Shown: positions 1 to 8,643 of the stretch, in pieces | How the letters are laid out: every line of letters starts with the position of its first letter | Position numbering within the stretch: the first letter of the stretch is position 1 | NCBI GenBank assembly: GCA_963714075.1 | Contig: OY970228.1 | Span: 5,753,696 to 5,817,695, forward strand | Reading direction: 5' to 3' | Source of the DNA: an uncultured Planctomycetaceae bacterium | GTDB taxonomy: Bacteria > Planctomycetota > Planctomycetia > Planctomycetales > Planctomycetaceae | DNA: 64,000 nt | Notes under the pieces: generated by a model | Databases searched by the model: none | Told to the model about the DNA's origin: nothing | What the model saw: only the letters and a program-made list of their open reading frames with translations | Program-made: the position numbers and the translations under genes

Positions 1-162
1 GACCTTCTGGGCGATCGACTTGTGAACCGCATGGTGGAGATCTGGCTCAAGACAGAATTCGAAGGTGGCCGGCACGCCCGACGGCTCGAAAAGATCGCGC
101 TCTACGAAGGCCAAACCGGCGCCCAAGCGGTCCCGCGGCCCGATTCGCCGCCGCCCAAGTGA
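1..162 (+). CDS. 3' end of an upstream gene (partial, 53 codons, TGA at 160-162); product not recognised
   Basis: Open frame 1 from window edge to TGA; immediately upstream of gcvH so could be the tail of gcvT by operon logic, but the peptide (..EFEGGRHARRLEKIALYEGQ..) is not recognisably GcvT to me. Confidence 0.25.
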   Translation, partial: DLLGDRLVNRMVEIWLKTEFEGGRHARRLEKIALYEGQTGAQAVPRPDSPPPK

Positions 163-337
163 CAACGGCGCCGGCTGCTTCGCGATCTCTTTTCAGCCGG
201 CCGCGCTGAATGTATGGTGTGCGTCGGCACATCGCGCGGATCATTTCGAGCGCCGCGGCCTAACGCAAAAACTATTACGTTTGTCGAAAGCTCCTTTTGC
301 CGGCAGTGCCGGCTCGTCAGAAGGGGATGAACTGGGG

Positions 338-727
338 ATGGATCTCAACGCATTGAAATACGCCAAGTCCCATGAGTGGATTTTAGTCGATGGGCAAACC
401 GCGACGATTGGAATCACCGATTTCGCCGTCCACCAGCTGACCGACCTGGTCCACATCGAGCTGCCGCGAATCGGACGCACGGTTCGCCAGGGTGCTGCCT
501 TTGGCGAAGTCGAGAGCGTCAAAGCCGTCAGCGACCTTTATTCGCCGGCTGCCGGGGAGATCGTGGCCGTCAACGACGCGCTGGCGGACGATTTGGCCGT
601 GCTCTCCGACGATCCTTTCGGCAAAGGCTGGATGATCAAGCTCAAGCTGACCGATCCGTCGCTTCCAGGCTTGTTGGATCGTGCCGCCTACGAAGCGCAC
701 TGTGCCGACGAGAGTGAGCACGCGTGA
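338..727 (+). CDS. gcvH: glycine cleavage system H protein (lipoyl carrier)
   Basis: Internal ATG at 338 of ORF 65..727; translation MDLNALKYAKSHEWILVDG..ESVKAVSDLYSPAAGEIVAVN.. is the canonical GcvH fold with the lipoyl-lysine motif ESVKA; ~130 aa. Confidence 0.9.
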   Translation: MDLNALKYAKSHEWILVDGQTATIGITDFAVHQLTDLVHIELPRIGRTVRQGAAFGEVESVKAVSDLYSPAAGEIVAVNDALADDLAVLSDDPFGKGWMIKLKLTDPSLPGLLDRAAYEAHCADESEHA

Positions 728-2073
728 CGTATCTCTTCAACACGCCCGATCAGCGGCGCGAAATGCTGCAAGCAATCGGCGCGCAATCGATCGACGAACT
801 CTTCGATCAGGTCCCCGCCGACTGTCGGCTGTCTCGCGCCCTCGAACTCCCTCGGCCTCTGAGCGAAATGGAGCTTGAGCGCGAAGTCAGCGTGCTCGCG
901 GGTCGCAATGTCGCGGGCGGCAAGCGCGTCTGCCTGATGGGGGGCGGCGTCTACGACCACTTCATTCCCGCGGCGGTCGATGAGGTCGTCTCGCGAGGCG
1001 AATTCTACACGGCGTACACGCCCTACCAGGCCGAGGCCAGCCAGGGGAGCCTGCAGGCATTTTTCGAGTATCAGTCGCTCGTCTGCCGCCTGACGGGGAT
1101 GGACGTTTCCAATGCCAGCATGTACGAGGCCGGCACAGCTGTGAGCGAAGCCGCCTTCATGGCGATGCGTGTCACAGGCCGGCACGACAAAGTGGTCGTG
1201 CTTGGCTCCGTCCATCCCGAGTACCGCGAGGTGCTCCGCAGCTACCTGTCGAACCTGAAATGCGAGCTGGTCGTGCTTCCCACGCCAGAGGGCACCGCCG
1301 ACCTTGCCGACGTGAAAAAAGCCCTGGACGACAAGACGGCGTGCTTGATTTTCCAGCATCCGAATTTTTTCGGCTGTCTCGAAGAACCTGAGGAACTGGC
1401 CAGGCAGGCCCGTTCGGTCGGCGCTCTGTCGATCGTGGCGTTCGATCCGATCAGCCTGGGGCTCTTGCGGCGGCCCGGAGATTACGGAGCCGATGTCGCC
1501 GTGGCCGAGGGACAGTCGCTCGGCATTCCTATGCAATATGGGGGGCCATTCCTCGGGATCTTTACGTGTCGTGATGAGTTCGTCCGCAAAATGCCCGGGC
1601 GGCTCGTCGGCCGCACGACCGATCGCCTTGGCCGGCCGTGCTACGTGCTCACGCTGCAGGCTCGCGAACAGCACATCCGCCGCGAGAAGGCAACGAGCAA
1701 TATCTGCACGAATCAGGGACTGCTGGCACTGCGGGCGACCGCTTATTTGTCCCTCGTCGGCCCGCAGGGACTCAAAGAAGCTGCCGAACTGTGCTGCCGC
1801 AAGGCGCATTACGCCGCCGAACGACTGACGAGTATTCCGGGCGTGAAGCTGGCGTTCGAACGGCCGTTCTTCAAGGAATTCACTCTGCGCTGCACAGGGG
1901 ATGCAGAGGCGATTCTGTCGAAAGCGCGGCAGGCCGGATTCGATCTGGGACCCTCGCTGTCACGGTTCGGGACCGCGACCGGCAGTTCCTTGAAGGATGC
2001 GGTCCTCGTCGCGGTCACAGAAAAACGGACGAAGCACGAAATTGACGAGTTGGCCGCCGCGCTCGGCGGTTGA
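724..2073 (+). CDS. gcvPA: glycine dehydrogenase (decarboxylating) subunit 1
   Basis: 449 aa, GTG start overlapping gcvH stop; N-terminus ..NTPDQRREMLQAIG..SIDELF.. and size typical of split P-protein alpha subunit. Confidence 0.9.
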   Translation: MTYLFNTPDQRREMLQAIGAQSIDELFDQVPADCRLSRALELPRPLSEMELEREVSVLAGRNVAGGKRVCLMGGGVYDHFIPAAVDEVVSRGEFYTAYTPYQAEASQGSLQAFFEYQSLVCRLTGMDVSNASMYEAGTAVSEAAFMAMRVTGRHDKVVVLGSVHPEYREVLRSYLSNLKCELVVLPTPEGTADLADVKKALDDKTACLIFQHPNFFGCLEEPEELARQARSVGALSIVAFDPISLGLLRRPGDYGADVAVAEGQSLGIPMQYGGPFLGIFTCRDEFVRKMPGRLVGRTTDRLGRPCYVLTLQAREQHIRREKATSNICTNQGLLALRATAYLSLVGPQGLKEAAELCCRKAHYAAERLTSIPGVKLAFERPFFKEFTLRCTGDAEAILSKARQAGFDLGPSLSRFGTATGSSLKDAVLVAVTEKRTKHEIDELAAALGG

Positions 2074-2084
2074 AAACGATCGAC

Positions 2085-3557
2085 ATGCGCAACCTGTTGG
2101 CAACCAAACCGCTGTTCGAGCTGGCACACCCAGGCCGGAGGAGCTGCACCTTTCCGGCGAGCGATGTGCCCGAACGGCCGATCGAAGCGCTGGTCCCCAA
2201 GTCCCAAATCAGCGTTTCGGTGCCCGAGTTGCCGGAGCTCGCGGAGCCCGACGTCATCCGTCACTTCGTCAACTTGTCGACGCTTAACATGTCGGTCGAC
2301 ACGCATTTCTATCCGCTCGGCAGTTGCACGATGAAGTACAACCCGAAGCGGCACGAGCGACTCGCCCGGCTGCCGGGGCTCGTCGACCTGCATCCCTATC
2401 AGGTCGACGAGGCCGCGCAAGGCATGCTGGCTATCCTGTTCCAGTTGCAGGAAATGCTGGCCGAGATTTCGGGCCTGCCGGCGGTTTCGCTGCATCCAGC
2501 CGCCGGGGCCCAGGGCGAGCTGACCGCGCTGTTGGTCGCGGCGGCCTACTTTCGGGACAAGGGCCAGCACCGCACCAAGGTCCTGTTTCCCGCAAGCGCC
2601 CACGGCACCAACCCCGCGAGCGCGGCCTTGGCCGGTTTCGAGTGCGTGCAACTTAAAGGGTCGGCCCACGGGCTGGTCGACCTCGAGGAGCTGAAGTCGC
2701 ACCTCGACGAGACGGCCGCCGTGTTCATGATCACCAATCCCAACACGCTGGGACTCTTCGAGCCTGAGATCGGCCGGATCGCCCGGATCATGCACGACGT
2801 GGGCGGATTGGTTTACATCGACGGCGCGAACATGAATGCCATTTTGGGAATCACGCGGCCCGGCGATTTCGGCGGTGACATGATGCATTTCAACGTCCAC
2901 AAGACGTTTACTGGACCCCATGGCGCCGGCGGGCCGGGCGCCGGTCCGATCGCTGTCCGCGACTTTCTGGCCGACTACCTGCCGGCGCCGGTCGTGGCTC
3001 GGCAGGACGGGGCGTCCGACAAGCCAGCGTATCGGCTCACAGTGCCGTCCAAATCGATCGGCCGGATGCGCACGTTCTTCGGCAACGTCGGCATTCTGTT
3101 GCGGGGATATTTGTACCTTCGCACGCTGGGAGCGGAGGGGCTGAAGGCCGTTTCCGAAAATGCCGTGCTCAACGCAAATTACCTGATGACCAAGATCTCT
3201 GACGTGTTGCCGACCCCGCACGGCAAACGCTGCATGCACGAGTTCGTCGCGTCGGCCCGCGCCGTGCACAAGGAGCACGGCATCTCCGCGATGGACATCG
3301 CCAAGCGGCTGCTGGATTACGGCTTCCACGCTCCCACGGTCTATTTTCCGCTGGTCGTCCCCGAAGCGATGATGATGGAACCGACCGAAACGGAATCGAA
3401 GGAGACGCTCGACGCTTTCGCCGACGCGATTCACAAGATCGTCGCCGAGGATCCCCAGACTCTTCACGAGGCGCCGCATTCGACGCTCGTCAGCAGGCCC
3501 GACGACGTTCAAGCCGCCCGCAAGCCGATCTTGAAATGGGAACCGTCCGCGTCGTAA
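2085..3557 (+). CDS. gcvPB: glycine dehydrogenase (decarboxylating) subunit 2 (PLP-binding)
   Basis: ATG at 2085 (MRNLLATKPLFE..), ~490 aa; follows gcvPA with a 12-nt gap; ..NVHKTFTGPHGAGGPG.. PLP-lysine region typical of GcvPB. Confidence 0.9.
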   Translation: MRNLLATKPLFELAHPGRRSCTFPASDVPERPIEALVPKSQISVSVPELPELAEPDVIRHFVNLSTLNMSVDTHFYPLGSCTMKYNPKRHERLARLPGLVDLHPYQVDEAAQGMLAILFQLQEMLAEISGLPAVSLHPAAGAQGELTALLVAAAYFRDKGQHRTKVLFPASAHGTNPASAALAGFECVQLKGSAHGLVDLEELKSHLDETAAVFMITNPNTLGLFEPEIGRIARIMHDVGGLVYIDGANMNAILGITRPGDFGGDMMHFNVHKTFTGPHGAGGPGAGPIAVRDFLADYLPAPVVARQDGASDKPAYRLTVPSKSIGRMRTFFGNVGILLRGYLYLRTLGAEGLKAVSENAVLNANYLMTKISDVLPTPHGKRCMHEFVASARAVHKEHGISAMDIAKRLLDYGFHAPTVYFPLVVPEAMMMEPTETESKETLDAFADAIHKIVAEDPQTLHEAPHSTLVSRPDDVQAARKPILKWEPSAS

Positions 3558-4315
3558 TCGAATCGGAGCCGCAGGACGGCGTCCGCAACATGGCACTCGA
3601 CGAAGCGCTGCTCGAGACGGCACTCGAGCGCGGCGAGTGCACGGTCCGCCTGTATCGCTGGCGCGAAGCGACCGTTTCGCTCGGGTACTTTCAGTCCGCG
3701 GGCGCAGCAGAGGCCAACCCCGAGCTGGCCCCACTGCCCATGGTCCGCCGACTCACCGGCGGCGGGGCAATTTTGCACCACCACGAATGGACTTATTCCT
3801 GTTCAGTGCCTGCTGGCCATCCGCTGGCCGAATCTCCCACGCAGATTTATGACCGTGTGCACGAGCGATTCGTAGCGGCGCTGGCAGAGCAGGGGATCGA
3901 GACCGCGCTGCGGGGCGAAGCTCTCGCCGGGCGAGAGGGGACGTTCCTCTGCTTTGGTCGGGGCGATCCGCGCGACATCGTGCTGAACGGACATAAAATC
4001 CTGGGTAGCGCCCAGCGCCGCCGGCGCGGGGCGGTCTTGCAGCATGGCAGCCTGCTCGTCCGTCATAGCGAGCACGCGTCTCAATTTCCCGGGCTCATTG
4101 ATCTTCTCCCGGGGAAATGGGACGCGGCAGAGGCGATCGAGACCGAATTCGTCACAGAGTTCATCATTAACCTGGGCACCTCGATCGGAAGCCTGTTCGG
4201 CAGCATCGCCGAATACAGCGACTATCAGGCGGCGGTCGAAGCACGCTTGGAAGCACTCGTGCCCAAATACGAAACGCTCACTTGGAGCCGCGACGAGCCG
4301 GGCTCACGGTCGTGA
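3536..4315 (+). CDS. lipoate-protein ligase / octanoyltransferase family (BPL/LPL catalytic domain) protein
   Basis: 259 aa overlapping gcvPB stop by 22 nt; ..NMALDEALLE..RLYRW..TVSLGYFQ.. resembles LplA/LipB-type catalytic domain; placement after gcvH/P suggests GcvH lipoylation. Confidence 0.65.
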   Translation: MGTVRVVIESEPQDGVRNMALDEALLETALERGECTVRLYRWREATVSLGYFQSAGAAEANPELAPLPMVRRLTGGGAILHHHEWTYSCSVPAGHPLAESPTQIYDRVHERFVAALAEQGIETALRGEALAGREGTFLCFGRGDPRDIVLNGHKILGSAQRRRRGAVLQHGSLLVRHSEHASQFPGLIDLLPGKWDAAEAIETEFVTEFIINLGTSIGSLFGSIAEYSDYQAAVEARLEALVPKYETLTWSRDEPGSRS

Positions 4316-4327
4316 AGAGCGCCGCCT

Positions 4328-5572
4328 CTAGGCGGTCTTAGCGAGCACCAGGCACGCGTTGTGGCCACCGAATCCAAAGCTGTTTTTGAGCACGCGGTTG
4401 ATCTTCATCGACCGGGCCTCGTTCGGCACGTACTCGAGGTCGCAATCCGGATCGGGGTGCTCGAGATTAATGGTCGGCGGGGCCACTTGATGCTGCATGG
4501 CCAGGATCGAGGTAATCGCCTCGACGCCGCCTGAGGCACCCAGCAAATGACCGATCTGGCTTTTCGTGCTCGAGACGGCGAGTCGCCTCGCGTGGTTGCC
4601 AAAGACAGCTTTGATGGCAATTGTCTCGGCCTTGTCCCCCAGGGGCGTGCTGGTGCCGTGGGCGTTGATGTAATCGATTCCTTCCGGATCAACCTGGGCG
4701 TCCTTGAGGGCGCAGGCCATGGCCCGGGCGGCTCCGCGGCCTTCAGGGTCGGGGGCCGTCATATGGTTGGCGTCGGCCGTCATGCCGTACCCCGTTACCT
4801 CGGCCAAGAGCGTCGCACCACGGCGTTTGGCATGTTCGTACTCTTCGAGAACAAGAACACCTGCCCCTTCGGAGAGCACGAATCCGTCTCGCTCGGCATC
4901 GAACGGACGGCTGGCTTTTTCGGGCTCCTGGTTATGCGTCGAGAGGGCGTTCATCCGCGCAAAGCCCGATAGGCACATCGGCGTGATGGCGGCTTCACTG
5001 CCGCCGGCGAGCATCACGTCGGCCATATCGTGTTGAATCAGGCGATACGCGTCTCCGATGGCGTTCGTGGCGGTGGCGCACGCCGTGGCGACGGCGCTGT
5101 TGGGTCCGCGCAGTCCCCACCGAATCGACACGTTGCCGCTGGCAGCGTTGACGATCAGCTTGGGGATCATGAACGGGGAGACGCGTGACGGGCCGCGTTC
5201 GAAGAGTTTCGAGTGCTGCTCTTCGATCTCGTGCAGGCCGCCAATCCCGCTGCCCAAGAGCGTGCCGTGGCGGTAGGGATCGCCCTGCGAAAAGTCGATC
5301 CCCGAGTGTTCGATGGCCTTGTGCGAGGCGACCATCGCGAACTGCACGAAGCGGTCGAGACGGCGAATCTCCTTGCCGTCGAGCGCGAGGTGATCTTCGG
5401 GAGAGAAATCGCGGATTTCGCCGCCGAAGGTGACCTTGAAATCGCTGGTGTCGAACCGCCTGAGTGGCCCTACCCCGCTTTTTCCGGCGCAGATCCGGTC
5501 CCAGAAGTCGGCCAACTCGCAGCCGAGCGCGGTGACAAGCCCCGCGCCGGTCACCACGACGCGCCTCTTCAT
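4328..5572 (-). CDS. fabF: 3-oxoacyl-[ACP] synthase II
   Basis: 414 aa; catalytic triad context retained (..AVATACATATNAIGDAYRL.., ..YINAHGTSTP.., ..SQIGHLLGASGG..); follows acpP by 3 nt. Confidence 0.9.
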   Translation of the reverse strand: MKRRVVVTGAGLVTALGCELADFWDRICAGKSGVGPLRRFDTSDFKVTFGGEIRDFSPEDHLALDGKEIRRLDRFVQFAMVASHKAIEHSGIDFSQGDPYRHGTLLGSGIGGLHEIEEQHSKLFERGPSRVSPFMIPKLIVNAASGNVSIRWGLRGPNSAVATACATATNAIGDAYRLIQHDMADVMLAGGSEAAITPMCLSGFARMNALSTHNQEPEKASRPFDAERDGFVLSEGAGVLVLEEYEHAKRRGATLLAEVTGYGMTADANHMTAPDPEGRGAARAMACALKDAQVDPEGIDYINAHGTSTPLGDKAETIAIKAVFGNHARRLAVSSTKSQIGHLLGASGGVEAITSILAMQHQVAPPTINLEHPDPDCDLEYVPNEARSMKINRVLKNSFGFGGHNACLVLAKTA

Positions 5573-5575
5573 TAG

Positions 5576-5812
5576 TTACTTCTTCTCGTCGATGTACTTG
5601 ATCGCGTCGCCGACGGTCTTGAGTTTTTCGTAATCGTCGTCGGGAATCGTGATGTCGAACTCGTCTTCGAGTTCCATCACCAGCTCGACCACGTCGAGCG
5701 AGTCGGCCTTGAGGTCCTCGATGATCGAGCTCTCGAGTTTGACCTCTTCCTTCGGCACCCCCAATTGCTCGCTAACGATGCCGATGACTTTTTCTTCAAC
5801 GATTGTCGACAC
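5576..5812 (-). CDS. acpP: acyl carrier protein
   Basis: 78 aa, GTG start; ..[33 protein letters not shown].. with phosphopantetheine Ser in DSLD motif. Confidence 0.95.
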   Translation of the reverse strand: MSTIVEEKVIGIVSEQLGVPKEEVKLESSIIEDLKADSLDVVELVMELEDEFDITIPDDDYEKLKTVGDAIKYIDEKK

Positions 5813-6147
5813 CCTGTTACCCTCCCACAGATCATTGCATTTAAACAGAGCGAATTCGGTATCTAAAACGCGCAGTTTACCAGTGCAGGTCAGGTACGAT
5901 CGCTGCTACCGCGTTGTTGGACGTCAGGACGACGGTTCCCGCGCGGTGGCCGTTGGCGCCGCGGGGCAACGTCGATCGGACTCATTCACCGCATTTTCGC
6001 GCGGCTTCGCAAGTCCGAAGCACGTGCGAAGATATAGCTCGTTGGAACTCTCCTGTAAACAGCAGGTGAGACCTCTTTTGGGCAGGGCTCGCCGCACTGT
6101 TTTCGCGTTAGCTCCCAGGCGGCTAGCCCGCAAGAAGAGCCCCGGGC

Positions 6148-7059
6148 TTATGGTGAATCGTTCACCGTCTGGCAATCGACCTTCCGATCGATCCGTTTCA
6201 ACAGGCCCCGCAGGACTTTGCCGGGGCCGATTTCAAAGAACTGGCTGACCCCCTGGCTGAGCATCGAGCGCATCGAGTCTTCCCAGCGCACGGGGCTGAC
6301 GACCTGTCGGACGAGGTTCTTGCGAATGCTCTCTGGATCGTCGTGAGCCTGGGCGTCCAGGTTGGAAATCACCGGGATTCTGGGCTTGCCGAGGGGGACC
6401 GAGGCCAACGCCTCGGCCAGACGCTCGTCAGCCGGTTTCATCAGGTTCGTATGGAAGGCCCCGGCGACCGCCAGAGGCACCGGTTTGCCCCCTTCAGCCG
6501 TAGCGAGTTCAGCGGCCTTTTCGCACGCGGCCTTTTCCCCCGACAAAGCCAGATTGCCAGGACAGAGGTAGTTTGCAATCTCGATCCGGCCGGCCGCCGC
6601 CGCTCGATCCCGGATTGATTCCACCTTTTCACGATCCAAGAGCAGCACGCTGACCATCCCCGATGGCGTCGCGTCGGAGGCCTCTTGCATCGCCTCCCCA
6701 CGGCGCTTGACCACTCGCAGTCCGTCGGCGAACGACAGGGCCCCGGCAAAAACGAGAGCCGTGTATTCCCCAAGGCTCAGCCCCGCCGCCATTTCGCACG
6801 AATCAATCGCCTGCGGATTCTCGGCGCGAAGCAACTCAAGAGCGGCCAGGCTCGTCACGAAAATCGCCGGCTGGCTGACTGCCGTCGTGTCCAATTCGGC
6901 TGCCGGCCCCTCAAAACACAGTCGCGACAAGCCGAACCCCAAAATGTCGTCGGCTTGCTCATAAAGGTGCCGCGCCGCGGGAAGCCTTTCGGCGATCGAG
7001 CGGCCCATGCCGACGTGCTGCGCGCCTTGCCCCGGGAAGAGGAACGCGATTTTGCCCAC
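6148..7059 (-). CDS. fabD: malonyl CoA-ACP transacylase
   Basis: 303 aa; MGKIAFLFPGQGAQHVGMG.. and GLSLGEY active-site serine motif. Confidence 0.9.
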   Translation of the reverse strand: MGKIAFLFPGQGAQHVGMGRSIAERLPAARHLYEQADDILGFGLSRLCFEGPAAELDTTAVSQPAIFVTSLAALELLRAENPQAIDSCEMAAGLSLGEYTALVFAGALSFADGLRVVKRRGEAMQEASDATPSGMVSVLLLDREKVESIRDRAAAAGRIEIANYLCPGNLALSGEKAACEKAAELATAEGGKPVPLAVAGAFHTNLMKPADERLAEALASVPLGKPRIPVISNLDAQAHDDPESIRKNLVRQVVSPVRWEDSMRSMLSQGVSQFFEIGPGKVLRGLLKRIDRKVDCQTVNDSP

Positions 7060-7062
7060 GCG

Positions 7063-8064
7063 TCAGGCCTCCACTCCCACCGCAAGTTCCTCGACGATCT
7101 GCGCGTTGATATGGCGATGGTTGAACGTCGTGGCCGCCCGAAATGCGTTGGTGATCGAACGGGCGTTGCTCGAACCGTGACAGATGATGCAAATGCCGTC
7201 GATGCCCAAAAGGGGCGCGCCCCCATGCTCGTGGTACTGATAGCGGCGGGCGAGGTCGCCCAGCATCCGGCCAGCCATCTCCCGTTCCTGATCGAGGCGC
7301 CCGATCACTTCATGCTGGAAAGTCCTGAGAAAATACTCCGCAATCCCCTCACTCACTTTGAGCACGACGTTGCCGACAAAACCCTCGCAGATCAGCACGT
7401 CTGCCTCGCCCTGATAAAGGCCGCGGCCCTCGACGTTCCCGATGTAGTGCTCTTTGAGCCGGCTGTGCTGCAGGATTGCGTGAGTCTCCCGGCAGAGATC
7501 GGTTCCCTTGCCGTCCTCGCTGCCGATGTTGATCAGCCCCACCCGCGGCTCTTCGATTCCCAAAATGTTCCGCGCGTAGATGGCGCCCATCACGGCATAT
7601 TGATACAGGTGTTCGGGTCGTGCCGCGGGATTGGCGCCGACGTCCATCAGCACCGATCGTCCGCGGAGATTCGGGAGCGCCACGGCAATTCCGGGCCGCT
7701 TCACTCCCTTGAGATAGAGCCGCGTCCGCATGCCGGCGGCGACGACGGCTCCTGTGTTTCCCGCGCTGATCACGGCGTCGACAGCCCGTTCGGCCATTAA
7801 CCGCCAGCAGACGGCAATCGATGAGTTGGGCTTGCGGCGCAAGGCCTCAGTCGGCTTTTCTTCCATGCCGATGCATCCCTCGGAAGGGACGACCTTGAGG
7901 CGATCGCCGGCATAGCCTCGTTCGGACAACCGGGCTGAGAGGAGACAGGGATCGCCCACCAAGTCGACTTCGAGATCCGGGTTGGCCTCGAGAGCGATGA
8001 GGGCGCCGTCAATATTCGGATCGGGAGCGTAGTCGCCCCCGAGGGCGTCGAGCGCAATCCGCAT
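7063..8064 (-). CDS. plsX: phosphate acyltransferase PlsX
   Basis: ORF-track ORF 7063..8169 overextends; true start placed at internal Met (MRIALDALGGDYAPD.., cat at 8062-8064) because rpmF occupies 8085..8264 in another frame; ~333 aa. Confidence 0.85.
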   Translation of the reverse strand: MRIALDALGGDYAPDPNIDGALIALEANPDLEVDLVGDPCLLSARLSERGYAGDRLKVVPSEGCIGMEEKPTEALRRKPNSSIAVCWRLMAERAVDAVISAGNTGAVVAAGMRTRLYLKGVKRPGIAVALPNLRGRSVLMDVGANPAARPEHLYQYAVMGAIYARNILGIEEPRVGLINIGSEDGKGTDLCRETHAILQHSRLKEHYIGNVEGRGLYQGEADVLICEGFVGNVVLKVSEGIAEYFLRTFQHEVIGRLDQEREMAGRMLGDLARRYQYHEHGGAPLLGIDGICIICHGSSNARSITNAFRAATTFNHRHINAQIVEELAVGVEA

Positions 8065-8084
8065 AGCAGGCTTTCCTTCGCCGG

Positions 8085-8264
8085 CTATTCCGCAGTCGCA
8101 ACGAGCGTCCGACCTTGGTAATAGCCGCAATGGGGGCAGACCATATGGCTTGGAGCCGGGGTCTGACACTGGGGACAGTAAACCAACTGAATTGGCTTGA
8201 CCGCGTTATGACTGCGCCGTTTGCGGGAGCGGGAGTGTGAATGTCGTCTTTTGGGGACTGCCAT
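8085..8264 (-). CDS. rpmF: 50S ribosomal protein L32
   Basis: Not in ORF track (59 aa). Hand translation of the reverse strand gives MAVPKRRHSHSRSRKRRSHNAVKPIQLVYCPQCQTPAPSHMVCPHCGYYQGRTLVATAE* with the classic L32 N-terminus and CxxC..CxxC zinc ribbon; canonical rpmF-plsX linkage. Confidence 0.85.
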   Translation of the reverse strand: MAVPKRRHSHSRSRKRRSHNAVKPIQLVYCPQCQTPAPSHMVCPHCGYYQGRTLVATAE

Positions 8265-8374
8265 GGATCACAGTTTCTAAGTTAAATCCCAAAAACGAAT
8301 TACGCCCGCGTGTCGCAATCGACACAGCTACCCAGCCTGCGCGGACGAGCACCCGGTGGTGCTCTTGCTCAGGC

Positions 8375-8407
8375 ATCCTATGCGAACCGGTTTAACACTG
8401 TCAAGCA
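8375..8407 (-). promoter_or_regulatory. candidate sigma70-like promoter upstream of rpmF operon
   Basis: Reverse strand reads cTTGACAgtgttaaaccggttcgcaTAGGATg: perfect -35 hexamer, 17-18 nt spacer, weak -10; ~110 nt upstream of rpmF start. Pattern match only. Confidence 0.2.
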
Positions 8408-8643
8408 CGTACTTTTTCGGGTGATCCGTCAGTTCCCGCCGACTAATAAGTCGCTGGCGCTCGACGGATATCACGCGGAAAATCGCCCCCCCGCGATGCG
8501 CCTGCTCGAAACGCCGGCGAGCATCGGGCGTGAGCTCGATGGTGCTTGATTAAAATTCAATCCGCTGTGCGTAGAATGAGAAAAGTCCAAGCACCCGCCA
8601 GCTCACGCTGGCGGCTCGGCAAGATCCGATCGTGCCCAACGCG

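Noticed and set aside
172-337. Glycine riboswitch upstream of gcvH
   Set aside because: The gcv leader is a classic riboswitch location, but I could not find the conserved glycine-aptamer core motifs. Only a GC hairpin (gccggcagtgccggc) next to the RBS is present.
1809-3734. Long ORFs antisense to gcvPA/gcvPB (1809..3734 and 688..1809, minus strand) and many similar antisense ORFs (9133..10980, 14324..15829, 19759..20982, 22953..24236, 31238..32680, 38093..39259, 39810..41855, 52605..53834, 53849..55282, 57584..58417)
   Set aside because: Each overlaps a confidently identified gene on the opposite strand. Their translations are Arg/Ala/Gly/Pro-rich with no domain features, as expected from GC-rich antisense frames.
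5813-6147. ORF 5924..6175 (minus strand, 83 aa) in the fabD-acpP gap as a possible degenerate fabG remnant
   Set aside because: The translation has no SDR Rossmann motif (no TGxxxGIG, no YxxxK) and overlaps the fabD 3' end. It is most likely non-coding acpP promoter region.
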